DNA of 64,000 nucleotides from a virus. Below are positions 18,726-29,067 of the stretch, one piece after another. The stretch is from IMG/VR virus record IMGVR_UViG_3300045988_067909; one strand, written 5' to 3'. How positions within the stretch are numbered: the first letter of the stretch is position 1; every line of letters begins with the position of its first letter. Both the position numbers and the translations under genes were made by a program. The notes under the pieces are model-generated. The model did no database searches and was not told where the DNA came from. It saw nothing but the letters and a program-made list of their open reading frames with translations.

Positions 18726-19991
18726 ATGAAAGCAAAACTTATCGGTATTGGAGCTGCTGGTAATAAAGCAGCTATGCATGCTATTAACCAAGGTGTATTT
18801 GATCGTAAAGATGTTTTACTTTTGAATACAACTCAAAAAGATATGAAAGACGAATTCAACGATATTAATATCGTATTCGGTGATAACCGTGGTGGTTGCG
18901 GTAAAGAACGTGATATGGCTAAAGGATTAGCTATGGAAGCTTTACGTGCAGACCTATTCAAATTAGACTCTTTTCCAGATCCTCAAGATGAAGCTATTAT
19001 CATTGTATCTTCTTCCGAAGGTGGTACTGGTTGCGGTGCTTCTACTATTGTAGCTAAGTACTGTAAACAAGTATTGAAAATGAATGTACACATGTTCGTA
19101 TTCACTGGTTTCGAACAAGATGCTCGTGGTATCCAAAACACTGTAGAATACTTCCAAGAATTATCTGATGAATATACTGTACAAGCTATTAGTAATAAGA
19201 AATTCTTAGATGGTATCCGTAGCAAACAAGATGCTGAACGTGCGGCTAACCAAGAATTCACTCAACGTATGGCAGTTCTTCTTGGTCAAGACTTAGTAGA
19301 ATCTGATCAAAATATTGATGACACAGACTTATATAAATTGTCTACTACACCTGGTTTCATGACTATCGAAAAAGCTAAAGTTACTAGCATTAAGAATACA
19401 GAAGACTTGTATAAAGAACTTCGTAAAATGTTAGACTATAGCAAATCTTTGGAATTCAAGCCTACAGCTAAACGTATTGGTGTAATCTTTGGTCTAGTTC
19501 CTGCGGCTCAAAACATGGACTTGAATACTGATGTATTACGTGAACGTCTTGGTGAACCATATGAATTCTTCACTCATATTCAAGATGCTGAACCTGGTAA
19601 AGAGTTCATTGAATTCATTGCTTCTGGTATTAAAATGCCAATTGATGAAGTTAATAAAGCTTACCAAACTTACTTAGAACGCACTTCTAAAGTTGATAAA
19701 TCTAAAGACTCTTTCTTTGATGAAGCTTCTTCTATGACTATCAATAAAGAAGATGGTATGTTTAACTTTGATAAGACTGGTCCACAAAATATCTCCAAAG
19801 CAGATAAAGATGCATTCTTTGCTAGTTCCAAGCCTGTAGTTAAACCACGTGTAACTGTATCTGCTAAAGATGATTTCTTCAATCAAACTACAGAAAAGGT
19901 TACAGTATCTCCTACAGTTGAAGTTCCAGAAGAACCAGTTAAACCTAAACGTGTAATTATCACTAGCAATGGTATTACAAAAGACTATTAA
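18726..19991 (+). CDS. phuZ: tubulin/FtsZ-family GTPase, phage PhuZ/TubZ-like
   Basis: N-terminal GIGAAGNKAA (G1 GxGxxG box). Tubulin signature-like SSEGGTGCGAS (GGGTGSG). Overall size 421 aa with an extended C-terminus, as in phage tubulins. Confidence 0.8.
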   Translation: MKAKLIGIGAAGNKAAMHAINQGVFDRKDVLLLNTTQKDMKDEFNDINIVFGDNRGGCGKERDMAKGLAMEALRADLFKLDSFPDPQDEAIIIVSSSEGGTGCGASTIVAKYCKQVLKMNVHMFVFTGFEQDARGIQNTVEYFQELSDEYTVQAISNKKFLDGIRSKQDAERAANQEFTQRMAVLLGQDLVESDQNIDDTDLYKLSTTPGFMTIEKAKVTSIKNTEDLYKELRKMLDYSKSLEFKPTAKRIGVIFGLVPAAQNMDLNTDVLRERLGEPYEFFTHIQDAEPGKEFIEFIASGIKMPIDEVNKAYQTYLERTSKVDKSKDSFFDEASSMTINKEDGMFNFDKTGPQNISKADKDAFFASSKPVVKPRVTVSAKDDFFNQTTEKVTVSPTVEVPEEPVKPKRVIITSNGITKDY

Positions 19992-20015
19992 TCCTACCAA
20001 TATACGAGGTGACTT

Positions 20016-20942
20016 ATGAAGGGCATTTATTTTAATAACCTGAAGAATCCTGCATTAGATCCTATTGTAGATACGATGGAATTGAATATGCTATTAGATG
20101 ATCCTTCGGAAGCAGAAAAAGCAGAGATTAGAGATAACTTTGTTAACGAGGTTATGTCTAAAGGATATAATGAAGATGAACTTAAACTATTCATCTTTAA
20201 TAACTTCCATGAGTTCGTTAAATACTCTTATGAAGTTCCTGAAGTAGCTAAGCTTTGGGAAGAACGACCTATGGTTCCTAAGCTAATTAAACAACTGCTT
20301 ACTAAATATACTCCAGGGTTTAGTTTTAATAAGCTAGACCGCATCTATATAAATGGAGTAATCTATAACCATAACGTAGTACATCAGAATGATGAAGTAC
20401 CTGGTATGGTTACAGAAATACTTAATGATTTAGGTATGACAATCAATAAAGACGTATGTGAAATCTTAGACAGCATCTATTATCTTCCTAGACAGTTCTA
20501 TACTATGGCTGTAATAGCAAGATTCTCAGATGTACGTGAAGAAATCAATATTAGACGTATCTTGTTCTTATTGATGATTACCTATGAATATAACACTACC
20601 ACTGTAGATGATATCCGCATCATTCTTGAAGCGTTATTCTATGGTGAAATGACTCCATTGTTTATCATTAATATGCTAGATACTCATAGAAGTGAACAAT
20701 GGTACAACTATAGATATAGAGCGGCTGAAGAAGATACTACATTTGCTCTATATAGAATAGTAAATGCTATGCCTAAACACATTATCAAAGATACTTTGCT
20801 AAAATATAGTGAAGTCTGTGTAGCTAGACAACTCAAACTAGATGATGTGAAATGGACATTGGTAAACTTACCATTAGATGACTATAGAGAATTAGCTATT
20901 ATAGCTGATACTCTAAAGAACGATGGTTATTATTTACCATAA
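20016..20942 (+). CDS. hypothetical protein
   Basis: 308-aa ORF with RBS tacgaggtgacttATG. Confidence 0.45.
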   Translation: MKGIYFNNLKNPALDPIVDTMELNMLLDDPSEAEKAEIRDNFVNEVMSKGYNEDELKLFIFNNFHEFVKYSYEVPEVAKLWEERPMVPKLIKQLLTKYTPGFSFNKLDRIYINGVIYNHNVVHQNDEVPGMVTEILNDLGMTINKDVCEILDSIYYLPRQFYTMAVIARFSDVREEINIRRILFLLMITYEYNTTTVDDIRIILEALFYGEMTPLFIINMLDTHRSEQWYNYRYRAAEEDTTFALYRIVNAMPKHIIKDTLLKYSEVCVARQLKLDDVKWTLVNLPLDDYRELAIIADTLKNDGYYLP

Positions 20943-20944
20943 CA

Positions 20945-21300
20945 ACACAAAAAATAATACATGGGTAGAGAGGATGCCCTACCCATGTATATCTTTATCT
21001 ATACACCATATCTATGATATAGTCGCATGCGCCATAGTGGCACCATATGCTCTATTGGTGTATCTTTATCTGGTAAATGTTCACCAGACTCAGTACCAAC
21101 AGGTATAGATTCAGATGCTAGTCTTCTAGCTTCGAGCTCAGGAATCTGAGCGCAAAGCGAGAGGAGAAACTCTCTGCTCATAGGGGATTCACCTCCTTAT
21201 GACAAGTAGACATAAGTCTACAAGTGTATGGGTAAATTTAGATACGGCTATTGGTACTAGCTGTATCTACCATACACATTTATAGTATACAATCGTAAAA
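20945..21300 (-). repeat. copy 1 of a ~350-bp repeated cassette (promoter, structured leader, 60-aa ORF, terminator)
   Basis: High nucleotide identity to 21305-21715, and in inverted orientation to 47900-48290. Contains terminator catgggtag...ctacccatg and leader hairpins. Confidence 0.6.
20999..21181 (-). CDS. conserved small protein, cassette copy 1 (60 aa)
   Basis: MSREFLLSLCAQIPELEARRLASESIPVGTESGEHLPDKDTPIEHMVPLWRMRLYHRYGV. RBS aaggaggtgaatcccctATG. Paralogues at 21365-21547 and 48031-48228. Confidence 0.55.
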   Translation of the reverse strand: MSREFLLSLCAQIPELEARRLASESIPVGTESGEHLPDKDTPIEHMVPLWRMRLYHRYGV

Positions 21301-21304
21301 CAGT

Positions 21305-21715
21305 TTACATATAAAAAATAATACATGGGTAAGTGGGGATACACCTACCCATGATTATCTTTATCTATACCCCATATTTATGGTATAGTCGCATGCGCCA
21401 TAGTGGCACCATGTGAACTATTGGGGTATCTTTGTCTGGCATCCGTTCACCAGATACAGTACCTACTGGTATGGTTTCGGATGCCAGTCTTCTCGCTTCG
21501 AGCTCAGGGTTCTGAGCACAAAGAGAAAGAAGGACATCTCTTGTCATAGGGATTCACCTCCTTATGACTTATGGGTTATAGTCCCATAAGTGTATGGTTA
21601 TATTTAGATACAGCTACTACTAATAGCTGTATCTACCATACACGTTTATAGTATACAATCGTAAAACAGTTTACATACAGAAACTCCCATATAGGCAATG
21701 CCTATATGGGACTTC
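21305..21715 (-). repeat. copy 2 of the repeated cassette
   Basis: Tandem to copy 1. Same promoter-like TTGTATACTATAAA box, leader hairpins and terminator. One leader hairpin has a different sequence but preserved pairing. Confidence 0.6.
21365..21547 (-). CDS. conserved small protein, cassette copy 2 (60 aa)
   Basis: MTRDVLLSLCAQNPELEARRLASETIPVGTVSGERMPDKDTPIVHMVPLWRMRLYHKYGV. About 80% identical to copy 1. Confidence 0.55.
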   Translation of the reverse strand: MTRDVLLSLCAQNPELEARRLASETIPVGTVSGERMPDKDTPIVHMVPLWRMRLYHKYGV

Positions 21716-21785
21716 TTTTTAATTCTTACATACTAGGAAACAAGAAAGTATATAATACTTTGAAATTATGTAAGGAGGAAGCACT

Positions 21786-23012
21786 ATGAGTGAAGATTTA
21801 ATTTCGATAGTATCTGATAAGATGGGTACATCTAGTAGTACAAGCATTTATGATGTATTATACCCAACAGGGTTCTTTAATGTAGACTATTTGAATGGTT
21901 ATAAGATTAATGGTTATCATAAAGACGGTACTAAATTCTCTTATGATGCATTTGGTATTGTAGATGGTTCTTTTAACTTAGTTGTCGGACGTACTGGTTC
22001 TGGTAAAACAACAGCAGCTATCCAATGGGGTGCTAATATCATTCGTCGTTTTGAAAAGGCAAGAATGTTTATCGCATCTATCGAGGGTGGTATTACTATT
22101 AACCGTCTTGAAGCATTAACTGGTTGGTTTGGGGATGATTTATTTAAACGTGTAAGTATTCGTAATAGTGGTCTTAATGTAGAGAGCATCTATAAAGAAA
22201 TCTTATCTATCTATGATGCTAAGATGGCTAATAAAGAAGAATACTTATATGACACAGGTCATGTAGATTCTCGTGGATTGCCTATCATTAAGATGGTACC
22301 AACTGTATATGTGATTGACTCTGTAGCTAATATGGTTCCAGAACGTGTAGCTAACCGTGGTGAAATGGGTGGTCAAATGGATGCAACTGCTATTGCTAAA
22401 GCTAATACACAGTTCATCAAATTGACTATGCAATTACTTAAGACTGCTAATATTATTGTATTGGCAATCAACCACATCAATAAACGTGTAGAGACTGGTT
22501 TCATGCCAACTAAGAATGATATCCCATATCTTAAACAAGATGAAACATTACCTGGTGGTAAAGCTATTAACTATGATGCTAATAATATCTTCAAATTGGA
22601 TGATAAGAAGATTAAAGAAGAATCTTTTGGTTTCAATGGTAAAGAAATCGTAGTTCAAATGATTAAGTCTCGTACTAATAAAGCCAATATGACTACACCA
22701 TTATTGCTTAACTTTGATATTGGGTTTGACCCATACTTCTCTTTATTATTACTTCTTAAAGATACTGGTCGTGTTAAAGCCAAAGGGGCTTATATGCAAC
22801 TAGATGAGCATGCTGATATGAAGTTTACCAATAAGAAGTTTACTGAAATCCTATTTGATAATAAAGACTTCCAAAAAGTATTCTTTGAAGCGGCTAAAGA
22901 AGAATGTCGTAAGTTGTTAACTCCAACTAAGACTTTAACTGAGTCTGTAGATAATACATTGTCTAATGATGTAATGGCATTATTTAGAGCAATGGACCAA
23001 GTAGAAGAGTAA
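21786..23012 (+). CDS. RecA-superfamily recombinase, UvsX-like
   Basis: Walker A VVGRTGSGKTT. Walker B-like VYVIDSVANMV. Blocks AINH and MIKSRTNKANMTTPLLLNFDIGFDPYFSLLLLL parallel the T4 UvsX segments AVNH and VEKSRTVKEKSKFFIDVKFDGGIDPYSGLL. Confidence 0.7.
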   Translation: MSEDLISIVSDKMGTSSSTSIYDVLYPTGFFNVDYLNGYKINGYHKDGTKFSYDAFGIVDGSFNLVVGRTGSGKTTAAIQWGANIIRRFEKARMFIASIEGGITINRLEALTGWFGDDLFKRVSIRNSGLNVESIYKEILSIYDAKMANKEEYLYDTGHVDSRGLPIIKMVPTVYVIDSVANMVPERVANRGEMGGQMDATAIAKANTQFIKLTMQLLKTANIIVLAINHINKRVETGFMPTKNDIPYLKQDETLPGGKAINYDANNIFKLDDKKIKEESFGFNGKEIVVQMIKSRTNKANMTTPLLLNFDIGFDPYFSLLLLLKDTGRVKAKGAYMQLDEHADMKFTNKKFTEILFDNKDFQKVFFEAAKEECRKLLTPTKTLTESVDNTLSNDVMALFRAMDQVEE

Positions 23013-23032
23013 TTGTATATTATAGTTTTGAG

Positions 23033-23060
23033 CCAGAAGATTCCAGTAATCTTCTGGTGC
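23033..23060 (+). terminator. hairpin terminator
   Basis: ccagaagattccagtaatcttctgg stem-loop after the recombinase gene. Confidence 0.4.
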
Positions 23061-23099
23061 AATTCTATGCTTGTTACATAATGGAAAGGGGTAAGTACA

Positions 23100-25328
23100 T
23101 TGGCAACTAGCGTAAATATTGTAGACGAAATTAAGAAATATGAAAGGAGATTGAAATTCCCAGAAGAGGCATTAGGTAAAGAATTGGCCGAACCTATTCC
23201 AACAGCAGTATCTGGGTCACGTAAATTATTGTATTCAACACAGGCCGATCAAGTTATGTCTTTGAACACACCTGAAGTGCCGTTCTTACAGACAGGCTAT
23301 GAGAATGAGTTTGGACATAAGTCCACATCATTCAAACAATATCATGGTGATGATTTAGTTATACTAGATAAAGTCGATAAGTTTAACTGGATCCCTAATC
23401 ACCATTATTTTCTACTCACATACAATGCTAATAAGAATATCATTGATGCTGTAGAACGATGCTCATACTTACATATTACAGAAAGCTATGGGTATGACCA
23501 AAATACTAAGTACTTAGACTCCCTAGGTATTGGTAGTAAAATCCGTACAGGTGACATCTATCTCAAATCCAAAGGGTTTGATGAGTATAATAACCGTATG
23601 GATGGTGTAAATCTATTAGTTACTTATGCCGCTATCTCAGATACTACAGAAGATGCTATTGTATTATCTGAAAGCTGTGCTAAGAGATTAAGTTCTCCAT
23701 TGTATCATAAAGTCCAAATCATGGTCAATGAGAATGATATCATGCTCAATCTATATGGTAATGAAACCATTTATAAAGTTATGCCTGATATCGGAGAAGA
23801 AGTATCCAATAGTCTTCTATTGGCTACAAGACGTGAGAATAAACAAGAATCCTTGTTCTCTCAAGTATATTCCAGACTTATGGATATTAATATGAATGAC
23901 AATAAGATTACTGCTACAGGTACTGTAGTTGATGTCAATGTCATTACTAATAATCCAGATATGATGGAATCATCCAACTATACTACACAGCTTAGAACGT
24001 ATTGGAAAGAATCTATTCGATTCTCCCAAGAGCTTGTAGATAAAGTGGATATGTACAAAGATCGTTATCCTAATGCTAAGATTGGATACGAACTACAAGT
24101 ACTTTATTCTAGAGCAAAGAGCTTATTAGATGGAGAGAAGTTCTCTCTTGATGGTAAGAAAGCTTTCTCTAATATCTTCCTTGAAGTTGTGGTACGTGAA
24201 AACAATGAACTACATATCGGGGATAAGATTACTAACCGTTATGGTGGTAAAGGTGTTATTAGCCGTATACTTCCAGACGAAGAAATGTTTGAGACTATTG
24301 ATGGACGTAGAGTAGAAATGATCTATAACCAAGGTACTTCTACTAACCGTCTTAATCCAGCTCAGATATTTGAAACAGAAATAAATGCAGCATCTGCCAA
24401 ACTTCTAAGATACTTACCTATGGAAACACCATATGAGGTAAATCAATCATTAGAACGTATTGCTACATTTATGAGTATCTTCACTCTAATGCAAGCTAAT
24501 GCATTCAGGGAATATGTCTATGCCTTGAATGATGATAGCAAGTTAGATTTACTTAAGTCTATGAAGAACGATGGATGTATAATTCTATCAGTATCTCCAA
24601 TACAAGAAAACATTGACCTAGATAAACTAGTAGCTATGTATGAGTTATTCCCTGAATGTGAGATTGATTATGCTTATTGTCAATTACTTGATAGTAATGG
24701 TAATCCTCGTAAGGTAAGAACTCAACGTCCTTTACTAGTGGGTCATCAATACATTGTAAGACTTAAACAGTATGCAGAAGATAAGTTCTCTGTAACTTCA
24801 TTGTCTGCTACAAACTCTAGAAATGAAAATAGTCGTAATAAGAACCCAGGTGAGGGTGGACATAGATTTCCTAATACTCCAGTACGTTGGGGTGTAATGG
24901 AAACATCTGCTATGCAACACATTGGTTCTTGGTTCAATGCTATTATGCTTCTAGTATATAGTACGTCTCCACATGCAAGACGTAAAGCTAAGAATCTATT
25001 AACAGATTCACCATTCAATATCGACGTTAAAGTTGATAGTGAATCTAAATCTAGATCTGTAGAAGTACTTAATGTATATCTACGGACTATAGGCTTAAGG
25101 ATTAGATTTGATAAATATAAGAAAGTGATTAAGAGTATATTTGCTCTTCCATCTTCTATCCCACATATGTTTATCGAAGTTCCTGATGCTGATCGTAAAC
25201 CTACAATTGAAATGGTGGATGATAAGAAAGGGTTTAAGATTCCACAAATCATCTTCAAAGGTGATGACCCTAAACCAAATATGTTTATCAACCCACCTAA
25301 AGAGGAAGAAGAACCTCAGAAGGAGTAA
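23100..25328 (+). CDS. multisubunit RNA polymerase beta subunit, C-terminal part (split rpoB homologue)
   Basis: [24 protein letters not shown] matches RpoB [41 protein letters not shown]...[11 protein letters not shown] matches RpoB [20 protein letters not shown]...VLNPLG...[24 protein letters not shown] matches [13 protein letters not shown]. Confidence 0.8.
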   Translation: [742 protein letters not shown]

Positions 25329-25331
25329 GCT

Positions 25332-27614
25332 ATGTCTGATTTGAGACAAGTTTATATGGATATACTAGGGGGCAACTTTGAGTCTGCCCTTGATCCTCAA
25401 AATGTATATCTTATGAATCATATAGCAACTTGTGCACTTCAAGACGAGAATAATGTACGTCTTGATGATGTAGAGTTGGTATTACGTATAAGCAATGCAC
25501 TATACAATGGTACCGATATTGAAGTGCTACCACTTGAAGATGGGGTATATGATCTCTTGCTAGAAATGTATAAGAGATATAACCCTAACTTCCAAGTTGG
25601 TGGAGCCAATATTGGTATGAATAGTGTACGTAAAGACAAAGATGGTATTGCTGAATATCCAAATATGTTTATACCTGTCCCTATAGGGATTGAGAATACA
25701 TATGGTATGGATATCCTAGCATACGGTAACACATCTAAGTTTGCTACACCATTATCATGGAATAATGGCCAAGTATCTGATAGACAAAGAGACACAGCTC
25801 ATAAGTATCCAGAATTAGTTGGTACTCTGGACAAGTGTAAGTTTGTATTAGACCATCAAGCATATACTGCTGGTGTAGCAGAAGATCCTAATGTAAAGAT
25901 CTTCGAAAGAGATTTCATTGGATTGCATTTCCATAATGGAGTAAATAATCCTAATGATATTCTCAATATAGTTATGGAACTCAAGTATGATGGTATCTCT
26001 ATTGAAGCCGAAGTATCTAACCATGTAGTATCTGCTAGAACTCGTGGTGATTTGGATAATGATAGAGCTACTGATCTTACTAGTGTATTGTATGGGTATA
26101 GATTCCCTAATACTATTCCAGACAACGAAGTCTTTGGTATGAAGTTTGAAGCTATCATCACTAAGTATGATATGGAAAGACTTAAAGCAAAGACTGGTAA
26201 ATCTTATACCAATATGAGAACTGCGGTATCTGGTATTCTAGGTTTAGCTAATGCTAGAGAATACTTAGAATATATTACTTTGGTTCCATTAGGTACATCA
26301 TTACACTTCGATACTAGAGAAGAAGAGCTTATGTTTATGAATAGATACTTTGCAACTAAAGTATCAAATGCATATAAAGCTTTCTCTGGTAGATATGACC
26401 ATGTATTATACATGGTAGACAAGTTCGTTCAAGATGCTGATATGATGCGTCCATATATGACGTTTGCTTATGATGGTATTGTAGTATCTTACAATGATAA
26501 TTATCATAAGCAACTCTTAGGTCGTGTAAATCATGTCAATAAGTATAGCATGGCTATTAAGTTTAATGCTATGAAACGAGTAACTAGATTCCGTGGATAT
26601 TCATATACAGTTGGTTCTAATGGTGTAATCACTCCGATGATTATATTTGACCCAGTAGAATTCAATGGTACAGTCCACTATAAAGCTAGTGGTCACTCTT
26701 ATGAACGATATAAGAAACTCAGTCTTAGATATAATGATGAGATTGAAGTGGCTTATGTAAACGATGTAATGCCATATGTAAGTAAGCTATACAATACAAA
26801 CAATGATAAGAATGAGAAACTCTATCCTATAGAACCATTTATTGATCATTGTCCTGCATGTGGTAGTCAATTAGTAGAATCTTTCTCTGGTAAGACTATA
26901 TCTTGTGAGAATCCAACTTGTCCAGGTATCCATCAAGCTAAGATGGTTAATATGATGGTAAGATTGGATTTCAAGAACTTTGGTCAAGCTGCTATAGAGA
27001 AACTAGAAATCAAGTCTCTTAGAGATCTATTTGAAAATGTAGATGAGACTAGATTATTCAATGCTGGATTTAGAGAGCGTGGTATAGCTAAGTTCCTAGA
27101 CCAGCTTAATGAAATCAAATCCAGAGATAACCTAGACTTCGTTATTGTTGGGTCTTTAGGTTTCACTGATATTGGATTTAGTACATGGTCAAACATCTTC
27201 AATGTAATTCCATTAGATTGTCTTATCAAGCTATCTGATGATGAATTATCTGATAGATTATTGGCTATTCCAGGTATAGGGCAACGTACAGTAGATACTA
27301 TTCTCAAAGAACGTGTAATATTTGCTGATGACTTAGTCTATATCTATACAAAGATACCTAATTTGAAACATAGCATCAATGCTAAGCCAGCTAAACGTAT
27401 ATGCTTTACTGGTATTAGAGATGCTAATGTTGAAGCAGCTTTAATGGCTAATGGGGATATGCCTAGTGAATCCATAACTAAGTCTACAGATTATCTTGTA
27501 GTACCTTACAAGGATTACTCATCTTCAAAGACAGCTAAAGCTGATAAGTATGGTATTCCAATCGTAACTATAGATGAGCTTGTAGCTCAACTAGGGTTAA
27601 ATATAAAAGTTTAA
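25332..27614 (+). CDS. ligA: NAD-dependent DNA ligase (LigA-like)
   Basis: Adenylation KxDG motif VMELKYDGISIEAEV followed by RTRGD. SMAIKFNA matches LigA AIAYKFPA. Cys4 zinc finger CPACGSQLV...CENPTCPG. HhH motif AIPGIGQRTVDTILK. BRCT-sized C-terminus. Confidence 0.75.
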   Translation: MSDLRQVYMDILGGNFESALDPQNVYLMNHIATCALQDENNVRLDDVELVLRISNALYNGTDIEVLPLEDGVYDLLLEMYKRYNPNFQVGGANIGMNSVRKDKDGIAEYPNMFIPVPIGIENTYGMDILAYGNTSKFATPLSWNNGQVSDRQRDTAHKYPELVGTLDKCKFVLDHQAYTAGVAEDPNVKIFERDFIGLHFHNGVNNPNDILNIVMELKYDGISIEAEVSNHVVSARTRGDLDNDRATDLTSVLYGYRFPNTIPDNEVFGMKFEAIITKYDMERLKAKTGKSYTNMRTAVSGILGLANAREYLEYITLVPLGTSLHFDTREEELMFMNRYFATKVSNAYKAFSGRYDHVLYMVDKFVQDADMMRPYMTFAYDGIVVSYNDNYHKQLLGRVNHVNKYSMAIKFNAMKRVTRFRGYSYTVGSNGVITPMIIFDPVEFNGTVHYKASGHSYERYKKLSLRYNDEIEVAYVNDVMPYVSKLYNTNNDKNEKLYPIEPFIDHCPACGSQLVESFSGKTISCENPTCPGIHQAKMVNMMVRLDFKNFGQAAIEKLEIKSLRDLFENVDETRLFNAGFRERGIAKFLDQLNEIKSRDNLDFVIVGSLGFTDIGFSTWSNIFNVIPLDCLIKLSDDELSDRLLAIPGIGQRTVDTILKERVIFADDLVYIYTKIPNLKHSINAKPAKRICFTGIRDANVEAALMANGDMPSESITKSTDYLVVPYKDYSSSKTAKADKYGIPIVTIDELVAQLGLNIKV

Positions 27615-27701
27615 CCCTAGTGAAACAAATCTATAAGTATATATTATAAATGAGATAGTGGTTTGCTATCTCGTTTCTTTTGGTTATAGGAGGATATTAT
27701 T

Positions 27702-28322
27702 ATGATTAAGAACCTAACAGAAACAACTATTTTTCAAACATGGAACTCTCGTCTAGTTGATGAAGTAGGCTTTGATGTTCCATTAGCAAGTTTTAAAGAA
27801 CTATTCCGTCCAATCATCTTCTCTTTGGCTAACTTCTTATCCAAAGTAGGTGGTGCGGACATCACTACATCTGCAGTTACTATTAGTAATACAGATGGCG
27901 TGTTCTTGTGCGCATTGTTGGTTAACCGTACAGTGGACCAAGAAAACAAAACATCCTTTGATGTATCCTTCACTACTGATAAGGAATTAGTTGACAATAG
28001 TGAATTATGTCAATATACTATTGCAGCTTCTGAACGTGAGCTTCAAGAATTCGTAAACAAATTCATCTTGGAAGAAGTTAAAAACCGTTTCCAAACACCT
28101 GAGCTATTATATGATTTCTTACGTGTATTATTCAGTACTATCTTGAATTACACTAATAGCTTGACTCGTGATGAAATCACTGAAGAAGGTCTTGAAATCG
28201 ATATCGAAGATACTATTACTATTGCAGTATCTTTAGATGAAGAGGGTAATCGTGTAGTAGCTATTGAACCAGGTACTGCATTGAAAACCTACGTAAAAGA
28301 TGATAAATGTAACCAGCAATAA
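27702..28322 (+). CDS. hypothetical acidic protein
   Basis: RBS ttataggaggatattattATG. 206 aa. Followed by hairpin ctaggggtatttcccctag. Confidence 0.45.
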   Translation: MIKNLTETTIFQTWNSRLVDEVGFDVPLASFKELFRPIIFSLANFLSKVGGADITTSAVTISNTDGVFLCALLVNRTVDQENKTSFDVSFTTDKELVDNSELCQYTIAASERELQEFVNKFILEEVKNRFQTPELLYDFLRVLFSTILNYTNSLTRDEITEEGLEIDIEDTITIAVSLDEEGNRVVAIEPGTALKTYVKDDKCNQQ

Positions 28323-28401
28323 CAAATAAGATTATACAAATCCAGGGTCTAGGGGTATTTCCCCTAGGTCCTTGTATAATTTTTATTAGCGGGGTTAAAT
28401 C

Positions 28402-29067
28402 ATGAAGCGTGCAATATGTGAAGGGAAACTACTTAGTCTGTATGATATAAATACGGACTATAATGATTACTTTATGAATGATACATCATTCATGGGGTAT
28501 ATTGATGAGGGAACTGGTATTATTTATCCTAGCACAACTCAAACTTACATAAGTAAGAATCCAGGTAAAGCTGGATTCTATAAGCATGGTCCATTCTTAA
28601 AGTTTATCGAACCATCTGATGAAGAGAGAGATAACTTTACTTTTGATAAATTGGAACATGTGGATTGGGATAATACATCTAGTATTAGTGACGTAGTAGC
28701 TAAGTCTAAAGAGGCATTCTCTTTGGACAATAGATTACTTAGTAACGTCACACCAGACAATATCTTTGCACCACCAATTCATTCTGATGACTCTCCAGAA
28801 ATGGTTGGTATGAAAACAGCTATTGCAAAGAAGAAGATTGACTTAGACTTATATGGATATCGTTTTGGTGAGAACTTCAATAATGATAAACGTATATTTG
28901 ATAAGCCATCTATGACTTTAAATAAGTTAGTGACTATCTGTGATAAGACAGATATAGACGCTTATCTCATTCTCAAAGACAAGGATGGGGATATCCCTAA
29001 CCCTATGGGAGAAGAGATAGTAGTAAAACTAACTAATGGAACGGAAGAGGAGGGTAACGATGAATAA
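28402..29067 (+). CDS. hypothetical protein
   Basis: 221-aa ORF whose stop overlaps the next gene's start. Confidence 0.45.
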   Translation: MKRAICEGKLLSLYDINTDYNDYFMNDTSFMGYIDEGTGIIYPSTTQTYISKNPGKAGFYKHGPFLKFIEPSDEERDNFTFDKLEHVDWDNTSSISDVVAKSKEAFSLDNRLLSNVTPDNIFAPPIHSDDSPEMVGMKTAIAKKKIDLDLYGYRFGENFNNDKRIFDKPSMTLNKLVTICDKTDIDAYLILKDKDGDIPNPMGEEIVVKLTNGTEEEGNDE

